Source: an uncultured Ruminococcus sp.
GTDB lineage: Bacteria > Bacillota > Clostridia > Oscillospirales > CAG-272
Direction of reading: 5' to 3'
NCBI GenBank assembly: GCA_964460165.1
Contig: CAYWPS010000002.1
Span: 2,709 to 66,708 of the forward strand
Length of the DNA stretch: 64,000 nucleotides
Positions 1 to 10,747 of the stretch are shown one piece after another. Below the pieces are notes generated by a model. The model was not told the DNA's origin. It ran no database searches and worked only from the letters and a program-made list of their open reading frames with translations. The translations under genes and the position numbers were made by a program. Position 1 is the first letter of the stretch. The number at the start of each line of letters is the position of its first letter.

Positions 1-1812
1 AAGAGTGTAAAAAGCGGCTTGTCGGCCGGCAGAGTTCAGTCGATAGCGGCAAGGATTATTACAGAGCGAGAAGATGAGATAAAGTCGTTTATTCCTCAGG
101 AGTATTGGACTCTCGATTCCATCCTCTATGACGAGGACGGCGAGCAGCTATGCGCTAAGTTCTTCGGTAATAAGGATGGAAAACAGAGAATAGAGGATAA
201 GAATAAGGCGTCGGAAATAGAAAATTCCATCAGATCCGGCAGCTTTAAGGTCGTGTCGGTTAAGCATGCGCAGAAGCAGAAAATGCCCGCACCGCCTTTC
301 ACGACCTCTACCTTACAACAAGAGGCATCCAAGCGCCTCGGATTCCAGACCCAGAAGATAATGAGAATAGCGCAAGAACTTTATGAGGGCTTGAATCTCG
401 GATCTGAATTTGGCGGTGTACAGGGCTTGATAACCTATATGCGTACAGATTCACTCAGAATATCCGATGTTGCGCAGGAATCTGCCAGAGAATTTATAAA
501 GGAGCATTTTGGCAATGACTCCGTCCCGAGAGCTAAGCGCGTATTTAAGGGCAACTCGAATGCGCAGGATGCACACGAGGCGATTCGTCCGTCTAACGTA
601 TATATTTCTCCCAAAAAAATCAGAAAGATGCTTACTCTTGACCAGTATAAGCTGTACAGACTTATTTGGGAACGTTTCGTTTCAAGTCAGATGGCAGCGG
701 CGGTGCTTGATACCGTCACTGTTGAAATAGAAAATAACGGATATATCTTCAAAACCGGCGGTTACGTCATTAAAAAGCAGGGGTATCTTGCTCTTTATGT
801 TGAGGATAAATCCGATGAAGATAACGAGGAGCCCGATTCGGTCAGCCTTGCAAAGCTTCCCAACGTAAAGGAAGGCCAGGTGATTAATGTTAAGGAGATC
901 TTCAAGGAACAGCACTACACCGAGCCGCCGGCTCGTTATACCGAAGCATCGCTTATCAAGTTCCTTGAGGAAAATGGAATAGGCAGACCGTCGACTTACG
1001 CTCCGATTATATCTATAATCACTTCACGCGATTACGTAAAGCGCGAAGGCAAGCTGCTTGTGGGAACTCCTCTTGGCGAGGTTACTACCAACTTTACAAA
1101 GCAGTATTTTCCTGAAATTATCGACTATGAGTTTACCGCTCAGATGGAATCAAGCCTCGATTCGATCGCGCGTAACGAAAATACGATCGAAGGAGTCATT
1201 TCCGGATTTTATCACAAGTTCGAAGAGGAGCTTAAGATAGCGGCTAAAGAAACTAAAGCAAAGGAAAAGGTGGCAATTCCCGCCGAGGAAAGCGACGTTA
1301 TCTGCGACAGGTGCGGAGCTAAAATGGTGTACAAAAAGGGAAAGTTTGGCAAGTTCCTTGCCTGCCCCAATTTCCCGAGCTGTAAGAATACCAAGGCTCT
1401 CGATAAAGACGGCAAGCCCGTTGAAAACGAGGAAAAGAAGGTTGAACTTGCGGGCTTTAAATGCGAATCCTGCGGCGGTGATATGGTTATCAGGAACGGC
1501 AGATACGGTTCATTCTACGCATGCGCCAACTATCCTGCTTGTAAATTCACCAAGCAAAAGGTTGTTGAGCTGGGCGTTCCTTGTCCAAGATGCGAATCCA
1601 AGGTGGTCGCAAGACACGGCAAGGGCAAGATGCTGTTTTACAGCTGCGAAAAATATCCGGAGTGCGACTTCTCCTCGTGGGATATGCCTCTTTCGGAGAA
1701 ATGCCCGGATTGCGGAAGCGGTCTGTTTTACAGAAAAAGCAGAAAGAACGTTATTTGCAAAAACCACGCCTGCGGATATAAGCGCGATGAGGAAATGACG
1801 GTAATAGAATGA
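1..1812 (+). CDS. topA: DNA topoisomerase I, 5'-truncated by the window edge
   Basis: Frame 1 is open from base 1 (KSVKSGLSAGRVQSIAARII...), so the gene begins upstream. Active-site context GLITYMRTDS is present, with four C-terminal CxxC...CxxC zinc ribbons. Confidence 0.9.
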   Translation, partial: KSVKSGLSAGRVQSIAARIITEREDEIKSFIPQEYWTLDSILYDEDGEQLCAKFFGNKDGKQRIEDKNKASEIENSIRSGSFKVVSVKHAQKQKMPAPPFTTSTLQQEASKRLGFQTQKIMRIAQELYEGLNLGSEFGGVQGLITYMRTDSLRISDVAQESAREFIKEHFGNDSVPRAKRVFKGNSNAQDAHEAIRPSNVYISPKKIRKMLTLDQYKLYRLIWERFVSSQMAAAVLDTVTVEIENNGYIFKTGGYVIKKQGYLALYVEDKSDEDNEEPDSVSLAKLPNVKEGQVINVKEIFKEQHYTEPPARYTEASLIKFLEENGIGRPSTYAPIISIITSRDYVKREGKLLVGTPLGEVTTNFTKQYFPEIIDYEFTAQMESSLDSIARNENTIEGVISGFYHKFEEELKIAAKETKAKEKVAIPAEESDVICDRCGAKMVYKKGKFGKFLACPNFPSCKNTKALDKDGKPVENEEKKVELAGFKCESCGGDMVIRNGRYGSFYACANYPACKFTKQKVVELGVPCPRCESKVVARHGKGKMLFYSCEKYPECDFSSWDMPLSEKCPDCGSGLFYRKSRKNVICKNHACGYKRDEEMTVIE

Positions 1813-3167
1813 TGGCGAATAATAAGATTAAAGTAATTGGCGCCGGTCTTGCGGGATGCGAAGCCGCGTGGCAAGCTGCAAAGCTGGGAGTTGACGTAGA
1901 GCTTTACGAGATGAAGCCTCTTAAGTTTTCGCCGGCACATCATAATGAGGACTTTGCGGAGCTGGTATGCTCCAACTCATTCCGTTCTAATGCAACCAGC
2001 AATGCGGTCGGTCTGCTCAAGGAAGAACTCAGATTAATGGGGTCGCTGATACTGGAGGCAGCTTATGCGACGGAGGTGCCCGCAGGCAGCGCGCTTGCGG
2101 TGAACAGAGATGATTTCAGTAAGTATATAACCGAAAAAATAAGAAACCATCCGAGAATAACGGTGATCAATGAGGAGGTTACTGATATTGATTTTAATTC
2201 GATAACAGTTGTAGCCTCCGGTCCTCTTACATCAGAACCATTGGCTGTCAGAATATCGGAGATCACAGGTGGTACGGAGCTTCATTTCTTTGATGCCGCC
2301 GCACCGATAGTTGACTTTGCCTCTATTGATACCTCTAAGGCATTCTTCGCGTCAAGATACGGAAAGGGTGATCCCGAGGATTATTTGAACTGTCCGATGA
2401 CCGAGGAAGAATATTCCGTCTTTCACAGAGAACTTGCTTCTGCTGCGACGGCACCGCTGAAGGCTTTTGACAAGGAGTTGCAGGAGGACCTCACAGTCTT
2501 TGAGGGCTGCATGCCGGTTGAGGTTATGGCAAACCGCGGATACGACACATTGAGATTCGGTCCTATGAAGCCGGTGGGACTTCCCGTGCCCGCTACGGGC
2601 GAGGACGCTTACGCTACTGTTCAGCTCAGACGTGAAAACAAGGAAGGAACGATGTATAACATTGTTGGCTTCCAAACACATCTGACATTCGGTGAGCAGA
2701 GAAGGGTCTTTGGATTGATTCCCGGACTTGAGAACGCAGAATTCTTCAGATACGGTGTAATGCATAGAAATACGTACATCAATTCGCCAAGTCTGCTTAC
2801 GAATATTTACTCTTTGCGTGAGCATCCAAACGTATTTTTTGCGGGTCAGATGACGGGTGTTGAGGGGTATATAGAATCAACATCTTCGGGATTCGTGGCA
2901 GGTGTAAACGCCGCACTGAAAGCACTTGGTAAAGAGCCGATCGTTTTTCCTCGTGAAACAGAGGTGGGCGCATTGGCTTCATACGTAAGCGAGGGAGGCG
3001 TTAGCTCTTCCTTCCAGCCCATGAACGCAAACTTTGGAATTATTGCTCCGTTTGATAAAAAAATTAAAGGGGGAAAGAAAAACAGAAACGAGGCTTACGC
3101 GGCTCGATCGCTCGCGATCATAAGCTCGGATTTCTCTTTCTTAAACAACAATGAGAATATTGGTTGA
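1809..3167 (+). CDS. trmFO: Methylenetetrahydrofolate-tRNA-(uracil-5)-methyltransferase TrmFO (Gid)
   Basis: N-terminal FAD fold VIGAGLAGCEAAWQAA and TrmFO-like pattern throughout. ATGA start/stop overlap with topA, and the classic topA-trmFO adjacency of Firmicutes. Confidence 0.9.
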   Translation: MMANNKIKVIGAGLAGCEAAWQAAKLGVDVELYEMKPLKFSPAHHNEDFAELVCSNSFRSNATSNAVGLLKEELRLMGSLILEAAYATEVPAGSALAVNRDDFSKYITEKIRNHPRITVINEEVTDIDFNSITVVASGPLTSEPLAVRISEITGGTELHFFDAAAPIVDFASIDTSKAFFASRYGKGDPEDYLNCPMTEEEYSVFHRELASAATAPLKAFDKELQEDLTVFEGCMPVEVMANRGYDTLRFGPMKPVGLPVPATGEDAYATVQLRRENKEGTMYNIVGFQTHLTFGEQRRVFGLIPGLENAEFFRYGVMHRNTYINSPSLLTNIYSLREHPNVFFAGQMTGVEGYIESTSSGFVAGVNAALKALGKEPIVFPRETEVGALASYVSEGGVSSSFQPMNANFGIIAPFDKKIKGGKKNRNEAYAARSLAIISSDFSFLNNNENIG

Positions 3168-4182
3168 CGCAATGAGCGGAGATCACGCTCCGCTCGAAAT
3201 ACTAAAAGGCGCAAGTATCGCCGCTAAAGAATATAAAGAACATACTATACTCCTTGTGGGAGATCAAAACGTTATATCTCACATTGCGGTTACTAACGAA
3301 ATAGACATCGCGGGAATTGAGATCATTCACGCAGATACGGTGATCAGCATGGAGGATAATCCTATCTGTGTAGTAAGAGATAAGAAAAATTCGTCAATGA
3401 GCGTAGGACTAAAAACGCTTGCTCACGGTGAAGTTGATGCATTTGTAAGCGCAGGAAATACGGGAGCTCTTATTACCGGTGCTACTATAATCGTTAAGCG
3501 TATACTTGGTATTAACCGCCCGGCTATTGCATCGGTTATTCCGCTTGGAAATCCGATACTCCTTATGGACTCCGGCGCTAACCTGACAGTTACCTCGGAT
3601 AATATATGTCAGTTCGCTTTTATGGGCGCAAAATATATGGAAAAAATATACGGTCTTGACAGACCCAGAGTAGGTCAGCTTAACAATGGTGCCGAGTACA
3701 ACAAGGGTACTGCTTTGCAGATCGAGTCCTATCAGCTTCTTTCCGAATCTGGACTGAATTTTGTCGGCAACGTTGAAGGCAAGGAGATTCCCTTTGACGT
3801 TTGCGACGTTATTGTAGCCGACGGTTATACGGGTAATATTTTCCTTAAGACCGTGGAGGGCATGGGTAAGTTCCTTCTTAAGACGCTCAAGGAGCTTCTT
3901 ATGTCAAATATAGCTACCAAGCTTTCAGCTCTTACCATGGATACGAAGGAGCTTAAGCAGAGATTTGACGCCTCGGAGCACGGCGGAGCGCCTCTCCTTG
4001 GTATTTCCAAGCCTGTAATTAAGGCTCACGGCTCGTCTGATGCCAATGCTATCAAAAATGCAGTCAGACAGGCAATACACTTTATCGAATCGGGTGTTAA
4101 CGACGATATTATAGCGTTTGCGAGAGATTATGATGAAAGAAAGCTTCTTGCGGATGCAGAGAAAGTATACGGCGACGTATAA
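3151..4182 (+). CDS. plsX: Phosphate acyltransferase PlsX
   Basis: Starts MRILVDAMSGDHAPLEILKGA, the PlsX N-terminal signature. 343 aa. 17-nt overlap with trmFO. Confidence 0.9.
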   Translation: MRILVDAMSGDHAPLEILKGASIAAKEYKEHTILLVGDQNVISHIAVTNEIDIAGIEIIHADTVISMEDNPICVVRDKKNSSMSVGLKTLAHGEVDAFVSAGNTGALITGATIIVKRILGINRPAIASVIPLGNPILLMDSGANLTVTSDNICQFAFMGAKYMEKIYGLDRPRVGQLNNGAEYNKGTALQIESYQLLSESGLNFVGNVEGKEIPFDVCDVIVADGYTGNIFLKTVEGMGKFLLKTLKELLMSNIATKLSALTMDTKELKQRFDASEHGGAPLLGISKPVIKAHGSSDANAIKNAVRQAIHFIESGVNDDIIAFARDYDERKLLADAEKVYGDV

Positions 4183-4198
4183 CTAAAACGGAGGAGTT

Positions 4199-4912
4199 AT
4201 GGGTATAGGTAAGGATTTTGCTGATCTTACGCGAGACATAGGCTACGAGTTTATCGACGTGACCTTTCTCGAAACTGCGCTTACCCATTCCTCCTATACC
4301 AATGAAATGAAGCAGAAGGGATTTCGCGCAGAGTCCAATGAAGCTCTTGAATTCCTTGGTGATGCCGTGCTTGAAATCGTTATTTCGGAATATTTATTCG
4401 ACAGATATTCAAAGCATGGCGAGGGAGCTTTGTCCAAGCTCAGACAAATGATAGTTTGCGAGTCAACTCTATCCAAGATCGCATCGAGAATACACCTTGG
4501 CGACTATCTTAACATAGGAAGCGCTGAGGAAAATCTTGATTTGAGGAAGAGAAAGAAGATTCTCGCGGACGCCCTTGAGGCTTTAATTGCTGCTGTGTAT
4601 CTCGATGACAGAACTAATGCAAACGGCAGCTTATATCGCGCGGTGATTATTTGCTTATTTGAAAAAGAGGTAGAGTATATATTAAAATCCGGTAATCGCG
4701 ATTATAAAACGCTTCTGCAGCAATTTGTGGAGAAAAACGGAGATGCTTTTTTGCGATATGATATTGAGGAAAGCGGTCCCGAGCACGAAAAGACCTTTAT
4801 AGCAACCGCGTATATTAACAATAATAAGGTCGGCGATGGAAAGGGAAGCACCAAGCGTGCGGCGGAAATGCAGGCTGCGAAGGTTGCGCTTCGCCTGTTT
4901 GGTATTATCTGA
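4199..4912 (+). CDS. rnc: Ribonuclease III
   Basis: RNase III signature NEALEFLGDAVLE and a C-terminal dsRBD (GPEHEKTF...GSTKRAAEMQAAKVAL). GGAGG SD upstream. Confidence 0.9.
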   Translation: MGIGKDFADLTRDIGYEFIDVTFLETALTHSSYTNEMKQKGFRAESNEALEFLGDAVLEIVISEYLFDRYSKHGEGALSKLRQMIVCESTLSKIASRIHLGDYLNIGSAEENLDLRKRKKILADALEALIAAVYLDDRTNANGSLYRAVIICLFEKEVEYILKSGNRDYKTLLQQFVEKNGDAFLRYDIEESGPEHEKTFIATAYINNNKVGDGKGSTKRAAEMQAAKVALRLFGII

Positions 4913-4913
4913 T

Positions 4914-5948
4914 ATGAAAAAGCACGTTAACATACCTATATTTATACCGCATCTCGGATGCCCTAATCAATGCGTTTTTTGTAATCAGAGGACGATCTCG
5001 GGGGTGAATAGCTTTGAAATCTCCGGTGTCAGACGTGAGATCGATAACGCGCTTGCGACCGTAGAACCATCCCAAGAGGTCGAAATCGCCTTTTTCGGCG
5101 GTTCATTCACCGGTATTGACAGAGATCTGATGATCTCACTTCTTGAGCTTGGGTATGAATATATCGCGCAAAAACGAGTTGCCTCGATCCGTTGCTCGAC
5201 TCGTCCGGATTACATAAACGATGAGATCCTTGATATATTGAAGAAATACGGAGTTAAGACTATTGAGCTTGGACTTCAGAGCGTCTCTGACGACGTTCTT
5301 ATTCGTACCAGACGAGGTCATCTTCGTAAAGATGAAGACAGTGCTTGTCGAATGATAACGGATCATGGCTTTGATCTTGTAGGTCAAATGATGATAGGCT
5401 TGCCGGGATCTACCCTTGAGGATGAGCTTGAAACCGCTCGGTTTATAGTAGATATGGGCGCAAAGAGCGCGAGAATATATCCGACTGTGGTTTTCTATGA
5501 CACGGAGCTGTGTGAGATGTCTATGCGAGGAGAATACCGACCGATCGAGCTTTCAGAAGCAATAGAACGCTCGGCGAAGGCTCTTGAGATATTTGACGAA
5601 GGCGGCGTGGACGTTATAAGGATAGGTCTTTGCGCATCCGAAAATATCACTGATGAACAAAAATACTATGCGGGTCCCAATCATCCTGCGATCGGCGAGA
5701 TGGTTGAGAGCGCTGTGTTTTATAATAAAATATCACGCTGTCTCGATCGGGCTGGTTCGTTTGGCAAAGCCGTTTTACAGGTGTCTGTTGCTAAAGGCGG
5801 ACTATCAAAAGCGATCGGACAGAAAAAAAGCAACAAAAAACGGCTTATCCGCGAATACGGTGTGGCCGATATCAAATTCAAGGAAGATGAAAGTCTTTCG
5901 GGATATGAACTTAAGATAAAGGAAGAAAGGAAAAGGGAATGTACTTAA
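4914..5948 (+). CDS. Radical SAM protein (ELP3-like core, no acetyltransferase domain)
   Basis: CxxxCxxC cluster CPNQCVFC near the N-terminus. Start moved from the ORF-track 4836 to ATG 4914 (MKKHVNIPIF), 1 nt after the rnc stop. An rnc-radical SAM-smc order is common in Clostridia. Confidence 0.75.
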   Translation: MKKHVNIPIFIPHLGCPNQCVFCNQRTISGVNSFEISGVRREIDNALATVEPSQEVEIAFFGGSFTGIDRDLMISLLELGYEYIAQKRVASIRCSTRPDYINDEILDILKKYGVKTIELGLQSVSDDVLIRTRRGHLRKDEDSACRMITDHGFDLVGQMMIGLPGSTLEDELETARFIVDMGAKSARIYPTVVFYDTELCEMSMRGEYRPIELSEAIERSAKALEIFDEGGVDVIRIGLCASENITDEQKYYAGPNHPAIGEMVESAVFYNKISRCLDRAGSFGKAVLQVSVAKGGLSKAIGQKKSNKKRLIREYGVADIKFKEDESLSGYELKIKEERKRECT

Positions 5949-8900
5949 AATCACTTGAACTTCACGGATTCAAATCCTTTCCCAATAGAACGGTACTGAC
6001 GTTTGAGCGTGGTGCTACGGTTATAGTAGGTCCCAACGGAAGCGGAAAGTCAAATATTTCCGATGCTATGCGTTGGGTTCTCGGCGAATTATCCAGCCGT
6101 AATATACGCGGTACGAGAATGGTTGACGTTATTTTCGGCGGTACGGATGATAGGAGACCTATGGGTTTTGCGGAGGTATCGGTTACCTTCGATAACACAG
6201 ATACCGAGAACAGACTCGACTCGGAGTTCGACGAGGTTACGGTAACGAGAAGATATTACAGAACCGGAGAGAGTGAATACCTCATCAATAAGGAGCAGAA
6301 GCGTTTACGCGATATTCATATGCTTTTTATGAATACGGGTGTTGGACGTGAGGGTTACTCTATCATCGGACAAGGTAAGGTTGCCGAGATCGTTTCAAAA
6401 AAGAGTGATGAGAGAAGAAATATCTTTGAAGAAGCTGCCGGAATTTCTAAGTTCAGATATAGAAAGGAAGAGGCTGAAAGAAAGCTTAAAGGCGTTTCGG
6501 AAAACCTTGACCGAATTAACGATATAAGACTTGAGCTTGAAAGCAGAGTCGGACCGCTTGAAAGAGAAGCGGAGAAGGCGAGACGCGGTCTTGCGATATT
6601 TGAGGAAAAGAAGAAGGCGGACGTTTCGCTCTGGCTTTATGATACAAAGCAGATCAGAGAAGAGATCGATGAGGCAGATAAGACTTGGCGTCTTTCCGTT
6701 CACGAGCTTGAGATCGCGGGACAGGTATTGGCAGAGCTTGACGCACAGCTTGAAACACTATATAATAAAACGCAGTCTAATAAGCTTAAGTCGGCGGATT
6801 TGCTTGAGCAAATACAAATAACTACCGAGAAGCTTCACGCATTGGATAACTCTTTAAGAGTAGCTGAGTCGAATTTTGCGCATTCCGCTGAGCTCATTGA
6901 GGATTGCCATATGCGTATAGCGGAGATCGAACGCGCGGAGTATTCTCTCGGACTTACTAAAGGACAGTATCTTGACAGACGCTCTAAGTTTGAGAGCGTT
7001 CTCGCTGAGCATATGGATACCAGAATCGGTTTTCTCAATGAGCAGCAGCGTCTTACTGCCGAGATAGACGACTTAAACGCTCAGCTAAACGAAGCCCTTG
7101 ATGAGATTACGGTAGAAACAAATCATTCCACCGATTTGAAAATCAGAATCGACGTTCTTGATAACGCCAGGATTTCCGATGGCTCCAAAACCGAGGAAAT
7201 CGAAGGTGAGATCGAGAAATATGAAAAAGAAGGTGTAAAACTTAAGGCAGAAGCAGATAGATGTGAGGCGAATGCTTCGGGCTTCAAAACCCAAATTGCA
7301 GAAAAGGATGCCATAATAACAGCTTCTCAGGAGAAGATAGATGCTCTTTCGGAAGAAAAGACTCAGATAACCGAGACGTTGAATCAGCTTAAGCTTCAGC
7401 AGGATACCGCTAAACAAAGAGCGGATGTTCTCCAGAGGATGAACGAGCACTTTGATGGTTTCGTAGAGAGCGTCAAGTTCGTCATGCGTGAATACAACGC
7501 CGGCAGAATTTCCGATGCAGGTGAGGTATACGGCCCCTTGTCCTCGCTCATACATGTTGAAAAACAGTACATAACCGCAATTGATACAGCTCTTGGCGGA
7601 AGTCTTCAGAATATCGTAGTCGAGGACGTTTCTACTGCTAAAGCGTGCATGGCGTCCCTTAAGAGAGCTAACGCGGGCAGAGTAACACTGTACCCCCTCA
7701 CCTCTATGCGTCCCGCTACGGAAAACGACGAGATAAAAACTGCGAAAAAGATGCCCGGATTCATCGGTCGCGCCGATACGCTTGTGGATATTGAAGACAA
7801 GTATAGAATAGTTATCGAGCATCTTCTTCTTCGTACTCTCGTATTTGATAACATCGATAACGCTTCCGTTGCGGCGAAGAAGATCGGTTATAGAGTAAAG
7901 ATGGTTACTCTCGACGGTCAGGTTATAAATGCCGGAGGCTCGTTCACGGGCGGCAGCCAGAAGCGCGACAGCGGTATTCTTTCGCGAACCACGGAAATTG
8001 CTCAGCTGCAGGAAAAGAGCGAGAGACTTGACAAGGAGATCAAGGAAACGCTTTCAGCACTTTCCGAGATCGACGATGAGTTGAAGGATAATCAGAATTC
8101 GTTGAGAGAAGCGGAGCAGGATAAGGAGATTCTTCTTACGCTTTCGCGTTCTCAGTTTGCGGCGCTTGACAATGCTAACGCTAAATACGATGCAAACCGT
8201 AACATTATCGAGAAGTTCAAAATGGATCGTGACGCGTTGATAAGCGGACGAGAACGCGCTGAGGAAGAGCTTGTCCAAATACGTGCTGATTATAAGGCAT
8301 CGCAAGAGCGTATGGAATCCTTGAAGGTATTTAGGGAAAACAAGAGCCTTGTAATGGGCGCTCTCGATGAAAAGCGCGATGAGTTCATTTCCAAAGCTAA
8401 TGATACTAATATTTCCATTGCCGAAGTTCGCAAGGAGATAGAAGGCGTTGATCAGCTTATTGCATCCCTCGATCAGCGACTTGACGATCTTGGCGCGGAA
8501 AAGCAAGCTCAAGAAGATAAGATAGACTCTCTTACAGATAAGAGAAAGAATATAGACGCTCTGAAAAACGAGCATAAGCAAGAGTATGACGAGCTCGAAG
8601 GGTTGCTTGCAAGACTCAACTCCGAAAGACGTGAGGTCGAGGCTGGAACCGACGAGTTTGAGAAGGAATCCAATATAATTCGTCAAAAGCAAAAAGAAAA
8701 GAACGCCAGCTATCAGACTCTTACCGAGTATTCGGTGAGAAACGAGAACAGACTCGCGCAGCTCAAAGAAAAACAGGATAGGCTTGGTTCACAGCTTTGG
8801 GATGACTACGAAATCACGTATGAGGATGCCGTTGCTCTCGATTACCCGCCCGTTACCGCTGAGAACAGAGAAGAGATCGCCGCGATTCAGACGTCTTGCC

Positions 8901-9553
8901 GCTCCAAGCTTCGTTCCATTGGTAATTTCAACCCAAATGCCATTGAGGAATACGCAGATGTAAAAACCAGATACGATGATCTCAATGCACAGTATCTCGA
9001 TCTTTCGCAGTCGAAGGATGATACCATCAATATTATCGCTCGAATCGAGGAGGAGATGCGTACCAGCTTCGTAAAAGCGTTTAATGATATCAACAAAAAC
9101 TTTGGCATAACCTTTAAGGAATTGTTCGGAGGAGGAAGCGCGGAGCTTTCGCTCACAGAACCCGAGGATGTTCTTACGTCCGGTATCGAGATAAAGGCGG
9201 CACCTCCCGGTAAGATAATCAAGAGCATGTCTCTTCTTTCCGGCGGTGAGCAGTCGTTCGTCGCGATAGCGTTACTGTTTGCGATACTCAAGGTCAATCC
9301 TACGCCGTTCTGCATACTCGACGAGATTGAGGCGGCACTCGATGAGGTTAATGTATACCGCTTCGGCGAATACGTTAAGACTTTGTGTAATGATACGCAG
9401 TTTATCCTAATTACACACCGTAGAGGTACTATGGAAATAGGTGACAGGCTTTACGGCGTTACGATGCCTCAGCGAGGTATCTCGCAGGCTATCGAGCTTA
9501 ACGTAAATGAAATTGAAGGAAAGCAAGAGGAGTTGCTTGATGGGATTCTTTGA
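5939..9553 (+). CDS. smc: Chromosome segregation protein SMC
   Basis: Walker A GPNGSGKSN, long coiled-coil arms, hinge region, signature LSGGEQS and Walker B CILDEIEAALD. 1204 aa. Confidence 0.95.
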   Translation: MYLKSLELHGFKSFPNRTVLTFERGATVIVGPNGSGKSNISDAMRWVLGELSSRNIRGTRMVDVIFGGTDDRRPMGFAEVSVTFDNTDTENRLDSEFDEVTVTRRYYRTGESEYLINKEQKRLRDIHMLFMNTGVGREGYSIIGQGKVAEIVSKKSDERRNIFEEAAGISKFRYRKEEAERKLKGVSENLDRINDIRLELESRVGPLEREAEKARRGLAIFEEKKKADVSLWLYDTKQIREEIDEADKTWRLSVHELEIAGQVLAELDAQLETLYNKTQSNKLKSADLLEQIQITTEKLHALDNSLRVAESNFAHSAELIEDCHMRIAEIERAEYSLGLTKGQYLDRRSKFESVLAEHMDTRIGFLNEQQRLTAEIDDLNAQLNEALDEITVETNHSTDLKIRIDVLDNARISDGSKTEEIEGEIEKYEKEGVKLKAEADRCEANASGFKTQIAEKDAIITASQEKIDALSEEKTQITETLNQLKLQQDTAKQRADVLQRMNEHFDGFVESVKFVMREYNAGRISDAGEVYGPLSSLIHVEKQYITAIDTALGGSLQNIVVEDVSTAKACMASLKRANAGRVTLYPLTSMRPATENDEIKTAKKMPGFIGRADTLVDIEDKYRIVIEHLLLRTLVFDNIDNASVAAKKIGYRVKMVTLDGQVINAGGSFTGGSQKRDSGILSRTTEIAQLQEKSERLDKEIKETLSALSEIDDELKDNQNSLREAEQDKEILLTLSRSQFAALDNANAKYDANRNIIEKFKMDRDALISGRERAEEELVQIRADYKASQERMESLKVFRENKSLVMGALDEKRDEFISKANDTNISIAEVRKEIEGVDQLIASLDQRLDDLGAEKQAQEDKIDSLTDKRKNIDALKNEHKQEYDELEGLLARLNSERREVEAGTDEFEKESNIIRQKQKEKNASYQTLTEYSVRNENRLAQLKEKQDRLGSQLWDDYEITYEDAVALDYPPVTAENREEIAAIQTSCRSKLRSIGNFNPNAIEEYADVKTRYDDLNAQYLDLSQSKDDTINIIARIEEEMRTSFVKAFNDINKNFGITFKELFGGGSAELSLTEPEDVLTSGIEIKAAPPGKIIKSMSLLSGGEQSFVAIALLFAILKVNPTPFCILDEIEAALDEVNVYRFGEYVKTLCNDTQFILITHRRGTMEIGDRLYGVTMPQRGISQAIELNVNEIEGKQEELLDGIL

Positions 9554-10451
9554 CAAACTGAAAAAAGGACTTTTTAAAACTAAGGATGCAATTGTTGGAA
9601 AAATCGACAATTTGTTTAAGAAGTTTGTAAAAATAGACGAGGACCTCTTTGATGAGCTCGAAGAGCTCCTTATCTCCGCAGATATAGGAGTAAATACTAC
9701 CGAGGAAATTCTCGATGAGCTCCGTGAGCTCGTAAAAGATAACAGGATAAAGGATCCTGAAGAGGTTAAGTCAGAGCTCCTTGCCATCCTTAAAAGAATG
9801 GTCGGCGAGCACGAGCCGTTGAAGCTTGATACCAACCCTTCCGTGATTCTCGTCATAGGCGTTAACGGAGTGGGAAAAACTACTTCTATCGGAAAGATTG
9901 CCGCAGAGCTTAAGCATCAGGGCAAGAAGGTCGTGGTTGCCGCCGCGGATACGTTCAGAGCGGCAGCGGCAGAGCAGCTTACCGTTTGGTGCGAGCGTGC
10001 GGGAGTTGATATTATCAAGCAGGCGGCAGGTGCTGATCCCGCATCGGTTGTATTTGATGCGATAAACGCTGTAAAGAGCAGAAAAGCCGATGTTCTTATA
10101 ATAGATACCGCCGGTAGATTGCATAACAAGAAAAACCTAATGGATGAACTTGCGAAAATCGATAGAGTTATCAATCGTGAGCTCGAGGGCTGCGCAAAGG
10201 AAACGCTTTTGGTTCTCGACGCTACCACCGGTCAGAATGCTGTTATGCAGGCCAAGGAATTCAAGGCGGCCTCCAGGATCACGGGACTCGTCCTGACAAA
10301 GCTTGACGGAACCGCAAAGGGCGGCATTATAATTTCTATTAAGCAGGAGCTTGGTATGCCGGTTAAGTTTATCGGTGTAGGCGAGCAAATAGACGATATG
10401 AAGCCCTTTAACGCTCAGGAGTTTGCAAGCGCATTGTTTGAAAGGGAATAA
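9540..10451 (+). CDS. ftsY: Signal recognition particle receptor FtsY
   Basis: NG-domain motifs GVNGVGKTTS, DTAGRL and TKLDGTAKGG. Start placed at ATG 9540 (MGFFDKLKKG) behind a GAGGAG SD. 14-nt overlap with smc. Confidence 0.9.
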   Translation: MGFFDKLKKGLFKTKDAIVGKIDNLFKKFVKIDEDLFDELEELLISADIGVNTTEEILDELRELVKDNRIKDPEEVKSELLAILKRMVGEHEPLKLDTNPSVILVIGVNGVGKTTSIGKIAAELKHQGKKVVVAAADTFRAAAAEQLTVWCERAGVDIIKQAAGADPASVVFDAINAVKSRKADVLIIDTAGRLHNKKNLMDELAKIDRVINRELEGCAKETLLVLDATTGQNAVMQAKEFKAASRITGLVLTKLDGTAKGGIIISIKQELGMPVKFIGVGEQIDDMKPFNAQEFASALFERE

Positions 10452-10747
10452 TGATGTTAAGTAGTAAACAAAGAGCTTATCTGCGCGCTATGGCGCAGGA
10501 GCTTGATACGATTTTCCAGATCGGAAAAAGCGGTATAACCGAGGAAATATGTCTCCAACTTGAAAATGCTCTTGAGGCACGAGAATTGATCAAAGCGCGT
10601 GTCTTGGACAATAGCGGATATACCGCTAAAGAAGCGGCGAATGAAATTGCCGGTAGTATTGGTTGCGACGTGGTTTCCTGCGTAGGAACGAGGTTCGTTC
10701 TTTACAAAGAATCTAAAAATAAAAAGAGAATCGAGCTTCCGCGATGA
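10451..10747 (+). CDS. yhbY: YhbY/CRM-domain RNA-binding protein
   Basis: 98 aa. LSSKQRAYLRAMAQELDTIFQIGKSGIT is the typical YhbY opening. It sits in the yqeI position upstream of nadD. Confidence 0.8.
   Translation: MMLSSKQRAYLRAMAQELDTIFQIGKSGITEEICLQLENALEARELIKARVLDNSGYTAKEAANEIAGSIGCDVVSCVGTRFVLYKESKNKKRIELPR

Noticed and set aside
4836-4913. N-terminal extension of the radical SAM ORF overlapping the rnc 3' end
   Set aside because: The extension (MEREAPSVRRKCRLRRLRFACLVLSD) is Arg-rich read-through of the rnc frame shadow. ATG 4914 gives the expected MKKHVNIPIFIPHLGCPNQCVFC N-terminus.
7085-7822. 245-aa ORF on the minus strand inside smc
   Set aside because: It is entirely antisense to a confidently identified SMC coding region. 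The composition is low-complexity and Leu/Ser/Phe-rich, with no SD. This is a typical shadow ORF.
8054-8692. 212-aa minus-strand ORF inside smc
   Set aside because: A shadow ORF antisense to the SMC coiled-coil region, with no start context or recognisable motifs.
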